Translations under genes and position numbers: made by a program
Assembly: GCA_951406725.2 (NCBI GenBank)
Contig: OX597838.1
Location: 23,994,001-24,058,000 of the forward strand
From: Octopus vulgaris
Lineage: Eukaryota
Length of the DNA stretch: 64,000 nt
Direction of reading: 5' to 3'
The notes under the pieces: generated by a model
The model's database searches: none
Told to the model about the DNA's origin: nothing
Seen by the model: the letters and a program-made list of their open reading frames with translations, nothing else
Part shown: positions 1 to 13,437 of the stretch, piece after piece
Layout: the number at the start of each line of letters is the position of its first letter
How positions within the stretch are numbered: position 1 is the stretch's first letter

Positions 1-401
1 TTTTACTTGTTTCAGTCATTTGACTGTGGCCATGCTGGAGCACCGCCTTTAGTCGAGCAAATCAACACCAGGACTTATTCTTTGTAAGCCTAGTACTTAT
101 TCTATCAGTCTCTTTTTGCCGAACCGCTAAGTTATGGGAACGTAAACACACAACCATCGGTTGTCAAGTGATTTTGGGGAGGACAAACACAGACACACAA
201 ACAGACACACAATCACACACACATACATATATATATACAAATATACGATGGGGGGTTTTCAGTTTCCGTCTACCAAATCCACTCACAAGGCTTTGGTCGT
301 CTCGAGGCTATATTAGAAGACACTTGCCCAAGGTGCCATGCAGTGGGACTGAACCCGGAACCGTGTGGTTGGTAAGCAAGCTACTTACCACACAGCCACT
401 C
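1..401 (-). mobile_element. tRNA-derived SINE family A (~400 bp, internal TA/CA microsatellite)
   Basis: Reverse complement of the 13820-14250 copy. Confidence 0.85.
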
Positions 402-892
402 ATGTAAACATAATTTATAATACATTGAAATTATTATCACAAGAAGAAAGCTGCTGTTATCCTAAGGAAGTCAAATAATGTTAAATAAATAAATATATTC
501 ACCTGTAATATAACTCATGACTTATGATGGAACATATATGTTGGTGGGTGGTAATTCTAGTTAGTAGGTATACAAGTATGGCGAATTTAACTGGTACTCT
601 GTACATCGAAAAAATGACGATTAGTCTTTTTACATACATACATGCGCACATACACGCATACATACACATACATAGCAGGCTGTTTGCAGTTTCCATCTAC
701 CAAATCCATTCACAAGGCTTTGGTCACCTGAGGCTATATTAGAAGACATTTGCCCAAGGTGCTACACAGTGGGACTGAACCCAGAACCATGTAGTTGGTA
801 AGCAAGCTTCGTACATCACAGCCACACCTACAGCATTATGGTGCACCTGAGCACTGTATACAATAATTTCATTATTATTATTATTATTATTA

Positions 893-1095
893 TTGCCTTG
901 TCTGGCACCTGTGCCGGTGGTATGTAAAAAGCACCCACTACACCCACGGAATGGTTGGCGTTAGGAAGGTATCCAGCCGTAGAAACATTGCCAGATCAGA
1001 CTGGGCCTGGTGCAGCCTTCTGGCTTCCCAGACCCCAGTTGAACCATCCAACCCATGCTAGCATGGAAAGCGGACGCTAAACGATGATGATGATG
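893..1095 (+). mobile_element. SINE family C 3' part (gttggcgttaggaagggcatccagccgtagaaac domain, (GAT)n tail). Other copies at ~27655-27870(-), 31650-31850(+), 48700-48850(+), 57395-57700(-).
   Basis: Multi-copy. Tail aacccatgc(t/c)agcatggaaagcggacgctaaacgatgatgat. The central motif resembles the Meta-SINE domain (recalled, not searched). Confidence 0.75.
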
Positions 1096-1589
1096 ATATA
1101 TATATAGGACAGTCTTTATCCAGTTTCTGTCTAGCAAATCTAACTCACAAGTCCACTCACGAGGCTTTGGTCAGCCTAGGGACATAGTAACAAGCACAAT
1201 GTGACACAGTGCAGCGTAATGCAGGCTTTTTGAACTCCAAGTTGAGTCCAGTCAATGGGTTTTCTGTCAATCCAGTTTTGCTAACAAGCCTTAAGTTTAT
1301 ATTTGACTTCCTGCTCATGAACCAATCTTCTTAACAACTCAACCATGCCTGTGTACTCTATTATATGTACACACACACACACACAAACATTTAGATGCAT
1401 GCACGCATTTAGACACACATACACACACACATAGACATACAAACATTTAGACACACACACACATTTACACACCAAACATTTAGGCACAAACATGCACACA
1501 AACATTTAGACACACACACACATATATCCTCCTCCTCCTCATCATCATTATCATCATATCTGTTACTAGTATCTGAATCAGGCACAAAA

Positions 1590-1850
1590 TGATGGATGTG
1601 TCACACAAACCAGTTTTTGTCATTGAGGTCTTAAGGTCATCAGCAGTCGCCACACCACTGCCCTGCATCAGTATTTCGACCAAGTGTTTGGAAAGATGCC
1701 TATGGTCTCACTGTATCATGTGTCACTTCCCAGACGATGATTTGGCCGACAGTCAGCTCTGGGTGTTGCAGATGCTGCCCTGCAGGCTGCAGCAATCTTC
1801 TTCTTCTTGTCCTATTGGTCAATAGCGAAAATTTCACGATAGAGTTGGAC
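1590..1850 (-). pseudogene. Decayed RTE-like LINE ORF 3' end
   Basis: Minus-strand translation LLQPAGQHLQHPELTVGQIIVWEVTHDTVRP*...VEILMQGSGVATADDLKTSM resembles RTE C-termini, with stops and frameshifts. Confidence 0.55.
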
Positions 1851-1928
1851 ATAGGTCATGTTATGCACACGCATATGTGTGTATGTGTGAGCATGCAGAC
1901 ATATCATACATATATGTGTGTGTGTGTA

Positions 1929-1966
<38 letters not shown>

Positions 1967-2103
1967 ACGACCTCGAACACACAAGTGCAAACAAGGGAGT
2001 CAGAGAAAGGCAGAATGCCACTTATATCTGAACACTACTATAGAAATATTCCTTTAAAAAAACTTTTCTTCTAATTTTTCTAAATTTAATTATTTAATCG
2101 TTA

Positions 2104-2141
2104 CAGTTGAAAAGGTCTCAAAATGACCGAAACCGGTACTG
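2104..2141 (+). ncRNA. Variant or degenerate minimal hammerhead motif
   Basis: CAG TTGAAAA GGTC tcaaaat GACC GAA ACCGGT A CTG. All three stems pair, and the core deviates from CUGANGA at two positions. Confidence 0.55.
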
Positions 2142-2228
2142 AAAGATTCACTATAAAATTATTTTAGCATTTTCTATTTTTGACTTGTTTTTTCATATAT
2201 ATCAACTCGTGTGTTCCTTTCCACCCTT

Positions 2229-2265
<37 letters not shown>

Positions 2266-2477
2266 CAAACACATATATCCATGTGTGTGTGTATATATGC
2301 GTATGTGTACAAACACACACACACACTGAGTTCATATTCCACCAATGCCAACACTGCTTTCATCCTTTTGGGGTTGATGAAATAAGTACCAGTTGAACAT
2401 TGGGGGCAAAGTAATCAACTCCCCCCCCTCTAAATTGCTCACCTTCTGCCAAATTTGAAAAATTTATTATTATTATT

Positions 2478-3034
2478 GAGTGAGAGAGCAGTGCATACCC
2501 TCAAAGTGACACTGGGGTACAATTATATGAAGCCCAATATACCCATCATGAATACCTATCTGATAAGGGTACACGAGGTACATGCATCACAATCATATGT
2601 ACATGACATGGCAATCTCCTGTCAAGATAAACAGCACATGACCTTTTAGATGGGACCCAATTAGAATTTTCTTCAAGCTGAGTAGCCCATCCCACTCAAA
2701 AGGTCCCTGCATAAGGTTTTTTTAAGGATGTTGAACAAAACACCCATGTTTCCAGAAGTGAATTATTCAAACCCCAAAGAATTCCTCTCAACACATGGTT
2801 ATGATGCTCCCTTACTACTTCTGCTCATGATCAGAGATGCACATATCATCAGTCGCCAAGGGACATGCTCAGCTGTTTAAAATCAAACATCTGACAAGCA
2901 AATCTGTGGTATTGAGCAGAATATTTGCTGTAGCCCATCTTTTATACCAAGACAAAACAATGTACATCATAACACGTCCAATCAGTTCAGATCAAAAGCC
3001 ATGAGAGCCACTGCCTGGCACTGCATCAGAGCAT
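2478..3034 (-). mobile_element. Non-coding ~560-bp element family E embedded in (ATT)n. Second copy 16032-16703, fragment 39755-39923 in the opposite orientation.
   Basis: High identity between copies, with (att)n on both flanks of both long copies. Strand is inferred. Confidence 0.78.
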
Positions 3035-3036
3035 TT

Positions 3037-3077
<41 letters not shown>

Positions 3078-3393
3078 TGACAAAAGTTGCAAAGTGGCTT
3101 GAAGGTTGATATTTTTATGGATGGCATGATAAGTGACAAGCACACAACATGTACAAAACCTTCATCTTTTGAGTCACTTTGTGATTTCTGTTGATTAAAT
3201 GTGTGTGTATAGAGAGATAAATAGATTATTATTATATAAAACAGTTTGATTTTGCTCCATGCAGCTTAAAGTTTTGTTTCGCAGGCCACTTTCGAGAAAC
3301 GTAGCTCATTCAGGCGTAATTAACTGACTTTATGTCACATTGCTCCAGTCTACGCAGCTAAAAATGAGTAACAGCTGACTGATGATGCAGCCT

Positions 3394-3450
<57 letters not shown>

Positions 3451-3822
3451 GTTGCTCTGTTGTCTTCAATATTCTGCTCTGTATGTGTTTGTGTGTCTTT
3501 GTGTCTGTTTGTCCCCCACCACTGCTTGACAACCAGTGTTGGTGTGTTTACATCCCTGTAATGTAGCAGTTTGGCAAAAAAAAAAAAAAAATCAATAGAA
3601 TAAGTACCAGGCTTTAAAAACGTATATTGAGGTTGGTTCATTCGACTAAAGATTCTTCAAGGCAGTGCTCTAGCATGGCCACAGTCTAATGCCTGAAACA
3701 AGTAAAAGGAAAGATATATGTGTATATGTATTTGTTCATTTATTTATATGCGTGTGTGTGTGTGTTGTGTGTATTTCATTTATATTTATATATTATTTAT
3801 TCATTTGCGTACATAATGATTA

Positions 3823-4335
3823 CTGTAAATCCCCGAGTATAGTCCGCCCTTGAGTATAATACGCAGGGGATTTTTAGGGGGCTGTACCTCTGAAAAACCT
3901 AAACCTTGTGTATAATACGCACCCCTTCTCTAACTTTAGTCAAGGAGGTCTATATAACGTCCTTGGTATGTAAAACTGCATACGGTTAACGTCCTTTATT
4001 ATTATTGTATATATAACATAATGCAAATGTGTAGCTTTTTTGTGCATTTTGTTTGCAGAAAATAAAGAAATAACAGTAATAACGTTTAATAAATGTTGCT
4101 TACTGCAAGTTATGGATGATTCTTTTATGACTTTATTGCTTTCAGGCTTAGCTTGAGGTATTTTCGCACCCAACATCACAAAATGCATCTGAATAAACAT
4201 TGTTGGACAGCAAATAGAGACTCAGACATTGCTTAGAAAATAATTTTCATTTTTAACGTCGTATATAGTACACACTAGAGATTTTGACCTTTAAATTTTG
4301 GGGAAAAAATGCAGATTATACTCGAGGATATACGG
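3823..4335. mobile_element. MITE with ~25-bp TIRs and TA TSD (Tc1/mariner-pogo type)
   Basis: TA|ctgtaaatccccgagtatagtccgc ... gcagattatactcgaggatatacgg|TA. Confidence 0.8.
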
Positions 4336-4354
4336 TAGTTAAAAGACCTAGTAA

Positions 4355-4571
4355 CCCTTTCGTTACTGTATTTTGAGATGCTCTGTGTTTCTTTCAATTA
4401 CTTTAAATATAACAAAGAATTTAGTAAAATGACTTAGTTATCATTAAGTTAGTGTTAGGAACGTAAATTGTGACTAAGGTTTGGTGGAACATTTTAACTC
4501 AAAACTTATGAAAGCAAGACATTTGTACTACAGAGCCAGAGCCAGTTTCAGACAGGTTGGTTATGCAAGGG
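4355..4571. mobile_element. Short CCC...GGG-terminated MITE (piggyBac-like). Related copy ~49343-49545.
   Basis: Termini ccctttc.../...caaggg with TTAA-like flanks (gtaa/ttac). The internal aagaatttagt(a/g)aaat...gttagga motif is shared with the 49.4-kb copy. Confidence 0.55.
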
Positions 4572-4574
4572 TTA

Positions 4575-4777
4575 CTCTTTTACTTGTTTCAGCCATTTGA
4601 CTGTGGCCATGCTGGAGCACCGCCTTTAGTCGAGCAAATCGACCACAGGACTTATTGTTTGGAAGCTTAGTACTTATTCTATCGCTCTCTTTTGCCGAAC
4701 TGCTAAGTTACGGGGACGTAAACACACCAGCATCGGTTGTCAAGCAATGTTGGGGGACAAACATACACACATACATA

Positions 4778-4873
<96 letters not shown>

Positions 4874-5051
4874 CATACATACATATATACGACGAGCTTC
4901 TTTCAGTTTCTGTCTCCCAAATCCACTCACAAGGCTTTGGTCGACTCGAGGCTATAATAGAAGACACTTGCCCAAGGTGCCATGCAGTGGGACTGAACCC
5001 AGAACCATGTGGTTTGTAAGCAAGCTACTTACCACAAAGCCAGTCCTGCGC
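4575..5051 (-). mobile_element. SINE family A copy with expanded internal (TA)n
   Basis: Full-length match to the other family A copies. Confidence 0.85.
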
Positions 5052-5465
5052 AATTTTTTCTGTGCAGTTAGAAGACAAAATATGTCTGGATGAGGAATGT
5101 GTTAAAATCTAAAAACAGCAAGCAAGGAACATAACTCTAATAACATCAACTAACCCAGTTAGAAGTGGGTCTCAGTATCAGGTATTGCCATCATGATATT
5201 GTATATCATCATCTTTAAACCAACTGAGGGGGAGTAACAGACATGTTTCAGTCTTATTAGGTTTCCTCTGCAATGCATATTAAAAGGAAAAAAAAAGAAA
5301 AAAATCATCTTAATTATATTGCAAAAATTATTAGAACACATAGGGAGTTTGCTCATTAGGCCTACAGCCATGAAGTGGGTTAATGAATTTGAAACATTTC
5401 TGGTCCCTATTTGCCCTTGTTTATCATTCTGAAATGTTGAGATGCTTTTACTAGCACTCTAATTC

Positions 5466-5596
<131 letters not shown>

Positions 5597-5748
5597 TGCC
5601 CACCTCCTGTAGAAAATATGCAGGTATTTTTAGCATATTGTGTTATTATTAGTCAGTATATATATCCTTGAAAGCCTTCAGGAATATTTCTGGTATTCCA
5701 CAGATATTTCTAGGCTGGGCTACAGAGGGAAAAGGTTACCACGTGGTA

Positions 5749-5780
<32 letters not shown>

Positions 5781-5869
5781 TGTTGTTGTTCTTGTTCACT
5801 TGCTTAGAAATTCTCTTGAGCCTGTGAAGTGCTTCTTTACTCCTGACTTTTATGTTTCTTCTGAATGTA

Positions 5870-6425
5870 TTCATCATCTTTGTCATTTGTCATCATCATC
5901 ATCGTCATCATCACTGTCGTCATTACCATCATCACCAGCACCACCATCATAATCATCATTGTTATCATCAACATCGTTTATCATCACTATTGCCAACATG
6001 ACTGCCATCTCCATCACCCACTTCCTCCTCCACCTCCTCCTCCTCATCATCATCATCACTGTCGTCATTACCACCACCACCACCACCACCACCACTGTTT
6101 TCATCATCACCAGCACCTCCATCATAATTGTCATTCTCACCACCACCACCACTGCCATCATTGTCATCATCATCATCATCATTATCATCACCATTGCCAA
6201 CATGACTGCCATCTCCATCACCCTCCTCCTCCTCATCATCATCATCACCACTGTCGTCATTACCACCACCACCACTGTTTTCATCATCACCAGCACCTCC
6301 ATCATAATTGTCATTCTCACCACCACCACCACCACCAATGCCATCATCATCATCACCATTGCCAACATGACAGCCATATCCATCACCCTCCTCCTCCTCT
6401 TCCTCCTCCTCCTCCTCATCATCAT
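5870..6425. repeat. Cryptic (CAT/CAC/CCT)n region with ~150-190-bp higher-order duplication
   Basis: cactgtcgtcattacca and ttgccaacatgac anchors each recur three times. Confidence 0.8.
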
Positions 6426-6802
6426 GTGAAGAGTACATGCACTTTTCTCTCCTGGATGCCTTCTGCAGCTCTCAAGTAGTGTATTTAGTTATGAGCTTCT
6501 TTTTCCTCTTTTCCTTACTCTGAGTGTGTGTGAGTGAGGAATGTATGTATGTATGTATGTATGTACATGTGAGCATCAGCTCCGTTTGTGCCCAGTCACA
6601 TGCTACCACCACCCTCCCTCTAACTGTCAGTTATCACCACCTCTCCCCAAGCCACGTGTTAGGAACATTCATCACTCCCTCTTACCATTGTTCATCTCAG
6701 TTAATACCCATCACTCTCTATCTGTCACTCTCTCTCCCTCTCTCTCTTTCTTTCAACTCCTCCTTGTCTACTCTGTTTCTATCCCTATACCATCATCAGA
6801 GT

Positions 6803-7100
6803 GAAGGTGCATGGCTCAGTGGTTAGAGTGTCAAGCTTACAATCGTGAGGTTGTGAGTTCAATTCCTGGCTGGGCTGCGTGTTGTGTTCTTGAACAAGAC
6901 TCTTTATTTCATGTTACTCCAGTCCACTCAGCTGTAGAAATGAGTTGCGACGTCACTTGTGCCAGGCTGTATCGGCCCCTTTGCCTTTGCCTTTCCCTTG
7001 GATAACATCGGTGGCGTGCAGGGGGGAGGCTGGTGTGCATGGGTGATTGCTGGTCTTCCATTAACAACCTTGCCCGGACTTGTGCCTGGAAGGGCTTTAC
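6803..7100 (+). mobile_element. tRNA-derived SINE family F. Related copies at ~27995-28250, 58885-59215, 61625-61870.
   Basis: A box TGGCTCAGTGG, B box GAGTTCAATTCC, then gttgtgttcttga(a/g)caagac...ccagtccactcagctgtagaaatgag shared among copies. Confidence 0.78.
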
Positions 7101-7407
7101 TCTTTACCATCATCAGCAACATCATCAGTGCCACTTCTATCACCATCATCACCATAACTAGTGCTGCTGTCAAAATACGTCCTGTAAAGTGGTTGACCAA
7201 CAAGCATGGGCAATGTAGGGTCTGGCGCACCCTTTGGTCTTCCCAAGGACACGACAACCTACCAAGTGCTGGTGCCATGATAAAATGCTCCCAGAACACT
7301 CTGTAAAGTGGTGGATGTTAGGAAGGGGATCAGACTATAGAAATAAAACCAAAACATTGAAAGTGAGACTTGGAACTGTGACCGTCTTGTAGAGTTGCAA
7401 TTTTGAC

Positions 7408-7449
<42 letters not shown>

Positions 7450-7751
7450 CCATATAAACATATAGTCATAAACATATACATATATGCATACATATGTGTA
7501 GTACATTCATAAATATATATTTACATACATAAATGCATACACTTGTACATATGTACATTGCTGAGTGCAAACACAACAGGTTGGATATCGGTGTCTTAGA
7601 CAGACGAGAAAAGGTATGTGCTGTCACAAGATCTCTTCGAAAATCAAAGAGTTGCAATTTTCAATAAAAACTGACAGACTGTAGCAACCTTTCCTATCCA
7701 TCCTACTATGGAAGGCAATTGTAAAATGGTAGTGGTGTTAGTTGTTGTTGT

Positions 7752-7900
7752 TTACGAAGAATCTGGATACTTTCTGTAAGCGCTATTTTCTGGACTATAT
7801 CTCTAGAAGGACTCCTGACCAGTTCTTCCAATTCTTTTCTGCTGTATTCCCATTTGGGCAGTCCCATTACAACTGAGCGCATATTCTACATTCTTGCAGT
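7752..7900 (-). mobile_element. Dong/R4-like LINE C-terminal remnant
   Basis: Minus-strand GSPSRDIVQKIALTESIQILRK resembles the QKxALLGTAxILRKVL end motif. Confidence 0.5.
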
Positions 7901-7969
7901 TTCAGTCTCTGGTTCTTTATATTTGTTGTTGTTGTCATCATCGTTGTCATCATCATCATCATCATCATC

Positions 7970-8190
7970 AAGGCTGCAAGCTGGCAGAATCATTAGCACA
8001 CTGGATGAAATGCTTAGCAGTATTTCATCCATCATTACATTCTGAATTCAAATTCTGCTGAGGATGACTTTGCCTTTCATCCTTTCGAGGTCAATAAAAT
8101 AAGTACCAGTTACATACTGGGGGGGGGGGTCAATGTAATCGACTTAATCCCTTCTTCCAAATTTGAGGCCTTGTGCTTCCAGTAGAAAGG

Positions 8191-8225
<35 letters not shown>

Positions 8226-8450
8226 TGTTAAGGCAGTGAGCTGACAGAATCATAGCCATACCAGACAAAACACTTCGCAGCATTTCTTCTGACTTTGTCT
8301 TCTGAGTTCAAATTCTGTCGTGCTTTATTTTACCTTTCACCCTTTCGATGTTGGTAAAATAAGTACCAGTCAAATGCTGGGGTTGATGTAATCAACTAGC
8401 CCCCCCTACCCTAAAAAATTTAAGGTCTTATGCCTATGTTTGAAACCATT
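7970..8450 (+). mobile_element. Two tandem SINE family B copies (tRNA-like head plus Nin/Deu-core-like central domain)
   Basis: Head gagctggcagaatc..., B box gagttcaaattc, core gactttgcctttcatcctttcg(a/g)ggtc...aaaataagtaccag resembling the Nin/Deu SINE core (recalled, not searched). Confidence 0.75.
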
Positions 8451-8477
8451 ATTTGTTATTTCTTGCTTATAAAAGAC

Positions 8478-8678
8478 TCTTTACTCTTCACTCTTTTACT
8501 TGTTTCAGTCATTTGACTGCGGCCATGCTGGAGCACTGCCTTTAATCGAGCAACTCGACCCCGGGACTTATTCTTTTGTAAGCCCAGTACTTATTCTATC
8601 GGTCTCTTTTGCCGAACCGCTAAGTAATGGGGACATAAACACACCAGCATCGGTTGACAAGCAATGCTAGGGGGACAA

Positions 8679-8751
<73 letters not shown>

Positions 8752-8912
8752 TACGACGGGCTTCTTTTAGTTTCCATCTACCAAATCCACTCACAAGGCT
8801 TTGGTCGGCCCGAGGCTATAGTAGAAGACACTTGCCCAAGGTGCCACGCGGTGGGACTGAACCCGGAACCATGTGGTTAGTAAACAGGCTACTTACCACA
8901 CAGCCACTCCTT
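8478..8912 (-). mobile_element. SINE family A copy
   Basis: Full-length match to the other family A copies. Confidence 0.85.
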
Positions 8913-9189
8913 GCCAATGTTTATCAAATTGTCCAAGCAATGAATTGTTTAAGGATCTTGGACTGTGTCCTTCTGAGATCGGAAGCAAATATGTTTTGGG
9001 AATATTGAAAATGCTGCTAGTGCAAATCAAAGAAAATTTCTGGTGGGTGTGAAGAAAAATAACCTGGATGCCGTGACTCCCATAAATAGCATTGGGACAG
9101 GATATACACTGAGGGACCAAAATATTTCAACTCACTTAGTGCTAGGATTAAAATCTAGAGATATCACATGATGGACATTATGGATCACA

Positions 9190-10165
9190 GACACATGTCT
9201 GTGTGTGACATATATGTAGGAGTGGGTATATGTGTGTAATGTGTGAGTGTGTATAGGTATGTGTATCAATATATATGTGTGTATGAATATGCATGTTTAT
9301 ATATCTATATATGTGTGTGTGTGTACATATGTATGTGTGTTTGTATGTATGTATCGATGTCTATATATGTGTATTTATAGATGTGTGCATGTGTATGTAT
9401 GTGTGTATGTATGTGTGTGTGTGCATGTGTACATGCATGCCTGTATGTCTGTGTGTGACTTATATGTAGGAGTGGGTATATGTGTGTAATGCATGAGAGT
9501 ATGTGTATGTGTATCAATATATATTTGTGTATATGTGTGTTTATATATCTATATGTGTGTGTACATAAATATGTGTGTGTGTTTATATGTATCTATCGAT
9601 GTGTATATATGTGTATTTATAGATGTGTACATATGCATGTGTGTGTGTGTGCGTGTGTACATGAATGACTGTATGTCTGTGTATGACATATATGTAAGGA
9701 GTGAGTATATGTGTGTAATGCATGAGTGTATCAATATATATGTGTGTGTATGAATATGTGCTTATATATCTATATGTGTGTGTGTATATGTATGTGTGTG
9801 TTTATATGTGTGTATGTATATATGTGTTTATATATCTATATGTGTGTGTGTACATATGTATGTGTGTGTGTTTATATGTATGTACCGATGTGTATATATG
9901 TGTATTTATAGATATATAAACACACACATACATACATACATATAAACACACACATATATACACACACACAGATATATAAACACATATTCATACACACATA
10001 TATATTGATACACTCATGCATTATACACATATACGCACTCCTACATATATGTCACACACAAACATACAGTCATTCATGTACATATGCACACACACACACA
10101 CACATGCATGTGTACACATCTATAAATACACATATATACACACCGATACATACATATAAAGCATG
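9190..10165. repeat. Composite (TG/TA) satellite: three ~240-bp units plus one inverted unit
   Basis: Anchor atgtctgtgtgtgacatatatgtaggagtg at ~9195, 9445 and 9672, and its reverse complement at ~10035-10065. Confidence 0.75.
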
Positions 10166-10439
10166 TTTGTGTGTGTGTATGTATGTATCTGTTCTTGGCT
10201 GTCTCAACAGAAGAATATTCACCAAAGAGGCAAGCCATTACTTTTCAACGAGTTTTATATTTTAACTCATTATTATACATTGATATATTCCAATATATTC
10301 CCAACTTGTGTCCTTATCTTGGTTGCCGTAGAAACAGAATTAAGTGACTGTAGCAGCCATGATGGAAGACACAAATCTAAATATATATCCAAGTAATGAA
10401 ATAACGAAGATAATACTTTCTGTATTGGTCGCATGGCCA

Positions 10440-11480
10440 GCAATTTTTTTTGGCTGGGAGGTGATTGTTGATTGCATTGACCCCCCACTGGTGCTCAACC
10501 GGTATTTATTTTATCGTTCTTGAAAGGATGAACGGCTAAGTTCACCTTGGTTACATTTCAATTCAAAGTATAAAGAGCTGGAAGGAATACTGCTAAGCAT
10601 CTTGTCTGGCTTGCTAATGGTTCTTATTTCTTTGTTGCCCACAAGGGGCCACACACAGAGGGGACAAACAAGGACAGACAAAGGGATTAAGTCAATTATA
10701 TCAACCTCATCATCATCATCATCATTGTTCGACCGTGGTCGAGACAATGGAATTTTCCATGCTACGCCAGACTTCCTGGTCCATCATAGCATTATCGAGG
10801 TCCTGTTGCTGGATGCCTGTATCCCTGGAGATTACATCAAGGTAGGAGAGTGTGTGCCCTCTGGTATTGCGAGTAGATGGCTTCCAGAGGAGAAGAGTAG
10901 AAATTGCCTCGTTTTCAGCTCTACTTATTTAATCGGCCCCGAAAGGATGAAAGGCAAAGTCGACCTCAGCAGAATTTGAACTCAGAACACAGCGGCAGAC
11001 GAAATACCACTAATCATTTCGCCCAGTGTGCTAACGATTCTGCCAGCTCGCTGCCATTTTGTCTGGCTTGCTAATGGTTCTGCTAGCTCACTACCCTTAA
11101 TTAATTATTTCTAATTTCGGCACAAGGTTGGCTCTTTTGAGGGGAAGGATAAGTCGGTTGCTTGACTGGTATTAATACTTTATTTTATTGACCTCAAAAG
11201 CACGAAAGGATAAGTTTACCTTGGAGGGATTTGAACTCAGAATGTACTCGCTTGAAGAAATGCTGCAAAGTATTGTGTCTTGCACACTAACACTTCTGCC
11301 ACCTCAGTACCTTAATAATAATAATGATGATCCTTCCTGCAATAGGCACAAAGCCTGAAGTTGTAAGGAAGGGGCTTGTTGATTACATTGACCCCAGTAC
11401 TCAGCTGGTATTTATTTTATCAGCCTCAAAATGATGAACGGCAAAGTTGACCATGGAAGAATTTAAATTTAGAATGTAAA
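10440..11480 (-). mobile_element. Nested cluster of family B SINEs. The 10625-11058 copy sits inside another B copy with a 23-bp TSD.
   Basis: ttgtctggcttgctaatggttct occurs at 10602-10624 and 11059-11081. Confidence 0.8.
10705..10922 (-). mobile_element. RTE-like LINE 3' end with (GAT)n tail, inserted in a family B SINE
   Basis: Minus-strand frame RAENEAISTLLLWKPSTRNTRGHTLSYLDVISRDTGIQQQDLDNAMMDQEVWRSMENSIVSTTVEQ* followed by (tga)n. Confidence 0.75.
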
Positions 11481-11879
11481 GAGAACTACTACTAATTCCT
11501 TCTGTGATATATATTAGTAAGGAAATTCATTGCCCATGTGTTTTGTTTAATTTCAGTAATAACCAAAGATTTGTAAGGGTTTATTAGTGAAATAACTAAA
11601 TTTTCCTTCATGAAATTGATGTTTGGAGCACGATTTGATCAAAAGTTTTCTTTAACCCTCTTGGGATACCCAGGTTGATTGGTTGGCCCAAGTGATACAA
11701 GCTGAAAGGACTTTGAAGCCAATCCATCAGCCCAATGGAACAAATGTTGTGATTAGTTGGTTTCAGAGTTTAATAGCTAATCAGAGACCTTCTTTCAAAA
11801 AAATGTTGGTCTCTTTGGCTACACATACCAAAACACCATGTGTCTCAAAAGGGTTAGATTATAAGAACAGGTTGCAACT

Positions 11880-12195
11880 TTAATGTAAACTCTTCAAAAC
11901 TCATAATTTTGTATCATGGACTCTAGCTTAGTTGAGTTGTTTTTAAAAGGACTAATAAATACTTCCAACTGGCAGTTATTATCAGAGAAACAGGGGCTAC
12001 TTTTGGTGGGTTTGTGTCAAAACAGTTAATAAATACATACGATTGATGGTTTTGTATTGTAGAATCAAGGGCTGATTTTGGTAGGTTTGTGTGAAAAGGG
12101 TTAATAAACACCTGCAACTGATGATTTTTGTATCATAGAATTGGGTGTGGTCTTTGGTGGATTCATGCCAAAGGTGTTAATAAAATACCTGCAAT
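11880..12195. repeat. Diverged tandem repeat, ~4 x 75 bp
   Basis: taataaa(t/c)ac-like anchors at 11953, 12027, 12102 and 12178. Confidence 0.7.
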
Positions 12196-12704
12196 GATTT
12201 ATTGCTTTGACATTAACTGCATTACAGCATCGGCCTCTCCCCGTTACACACATCAGTCTAGGAAAACCCAAAAATGAATATGGAGTGCATTGTAAAAAAA
12301 AATAAAATAAAATAAAATAAAATAAAATAAAGCAAAACGAAACAAATCTAATGAATATAAATACTATGTTCTGTTCTGTGAAACTTTATCAGATTCTCAG
12401 AGAAACTATTCCCCTGCGATTCTCGATAAGCCATTCTTGCTAGAGATTTCTAAATACATGATTTCTGTTGAAATTTTTGATTCATAAACAAAGCATTTGA
12501 TCAAGGTGCAGCACCAACAGCAACAACACCAGGAAGTTGTAGAGTTGTAGATAAGCTGCAGTTGTGTGTGGTTTTGGTGGCATCCATCCAAAGTTTTGTG
12601 CAGTGGCTCGCTGAATTTTCTATCAGGTTGCGCCATCAAGTTTTGTTCTGCTGATATATATCCCGCTTATGCCAGGTTTCCTATGCTTAATCATTGACAT
12701 CTGG

Positions 12705-13003
12705 CGGCAGTGGTGGTGACAGCAGTGTTGGTGGCAGCAGCAGTAGTGGTGGTGGTGGTGGTGGTGGAAGTGGTGGCGGTGGCAGTGGTGGTGGTGGCAG
12801 GTGGCGGTGGTGGCGGTGGTGGTGGTGGTGGTGATGGTGGCAGCAGCAGTGGTGGTTGTGGAGGCAGTGGTGGTTGTGAGGGCGGCAGTGATGGCGGCGG
12901 CAGTGGTGGCAGTGGTAGTGGTAGTGGCGAGGGCAGTGATGGTGGTGGCGGTGGCAGCAGTGGTGGTCGCAGGGGCAGTGGTGGTGGCAGCAGCGTGGTG
13001 GTG
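12705..13003. repeat. (GGT/GCA)n cryptic trinucleotide tract. Similar tracts at 25575-26120, 30695-30960, 38390-38620.
   Basis: Direct reading. Confidence 0.92.
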
Positions 13004-13034
13004 TCGAAAACTTTCAGAACATTTTATATTCTCT

Positions 13035-13249
13035 TTACCTTTTATTCTCTTCCTTGTTTCAGTCATTGGTCTGCGGCCATGCTGGGGCACATCACCTTGA
13101 AGGGTTTTTAGTTGAACAAATCAACCTCAAGATTTTTTTTTTTTTTTTTTGTAAAGCCTGGTTACTTATTCAATCGGTTTCTTTTGCCGAACTGCTAAGT
13201 TATGGGGACGTAAATACACGAACATCAGTTGTCAAATGGTAGTGGTGGG

Positions 13250-13284
<35 letters not shown>

Positions 13285-13437
13285 CATGCTGGACTTCTTT
13301 CAGTTTCCATCTACCAAATCCACTCATAAGGCTTTGGTCACTCCAAGGCTATAGCAGAAGGTGCCACGCAGTGGGGCTGAACCCGGAACCATGTGGTTGG
13401 GAAGCAAACTTTTTTACCATACAGCCACACCTGCACT
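13035..13437 (-). mobile_element. SINE family A copy
   Basis: Match to family A with small deletions. Confidence 0.8.

Noticed and set aside
4655-5093. Recurrent ORFs with [27 protein letters not shown]
   Set aside because: These are translations of the non-coding SINE family A body. The recurrence reflects copy number.
5865-6479. His/Pro-rich and Gly/Asp-rich ORFs
   Set aside because: Open in several frames on both strands because of trinucleotide repeats, with no splice or homology support.
12406-12639. Minus-strand Cys-rich 77-aa ORF
   Set aside because: The Cys run comes from a short (CAA/CAG) repeat, and there is no recognisable domain or gene structure.
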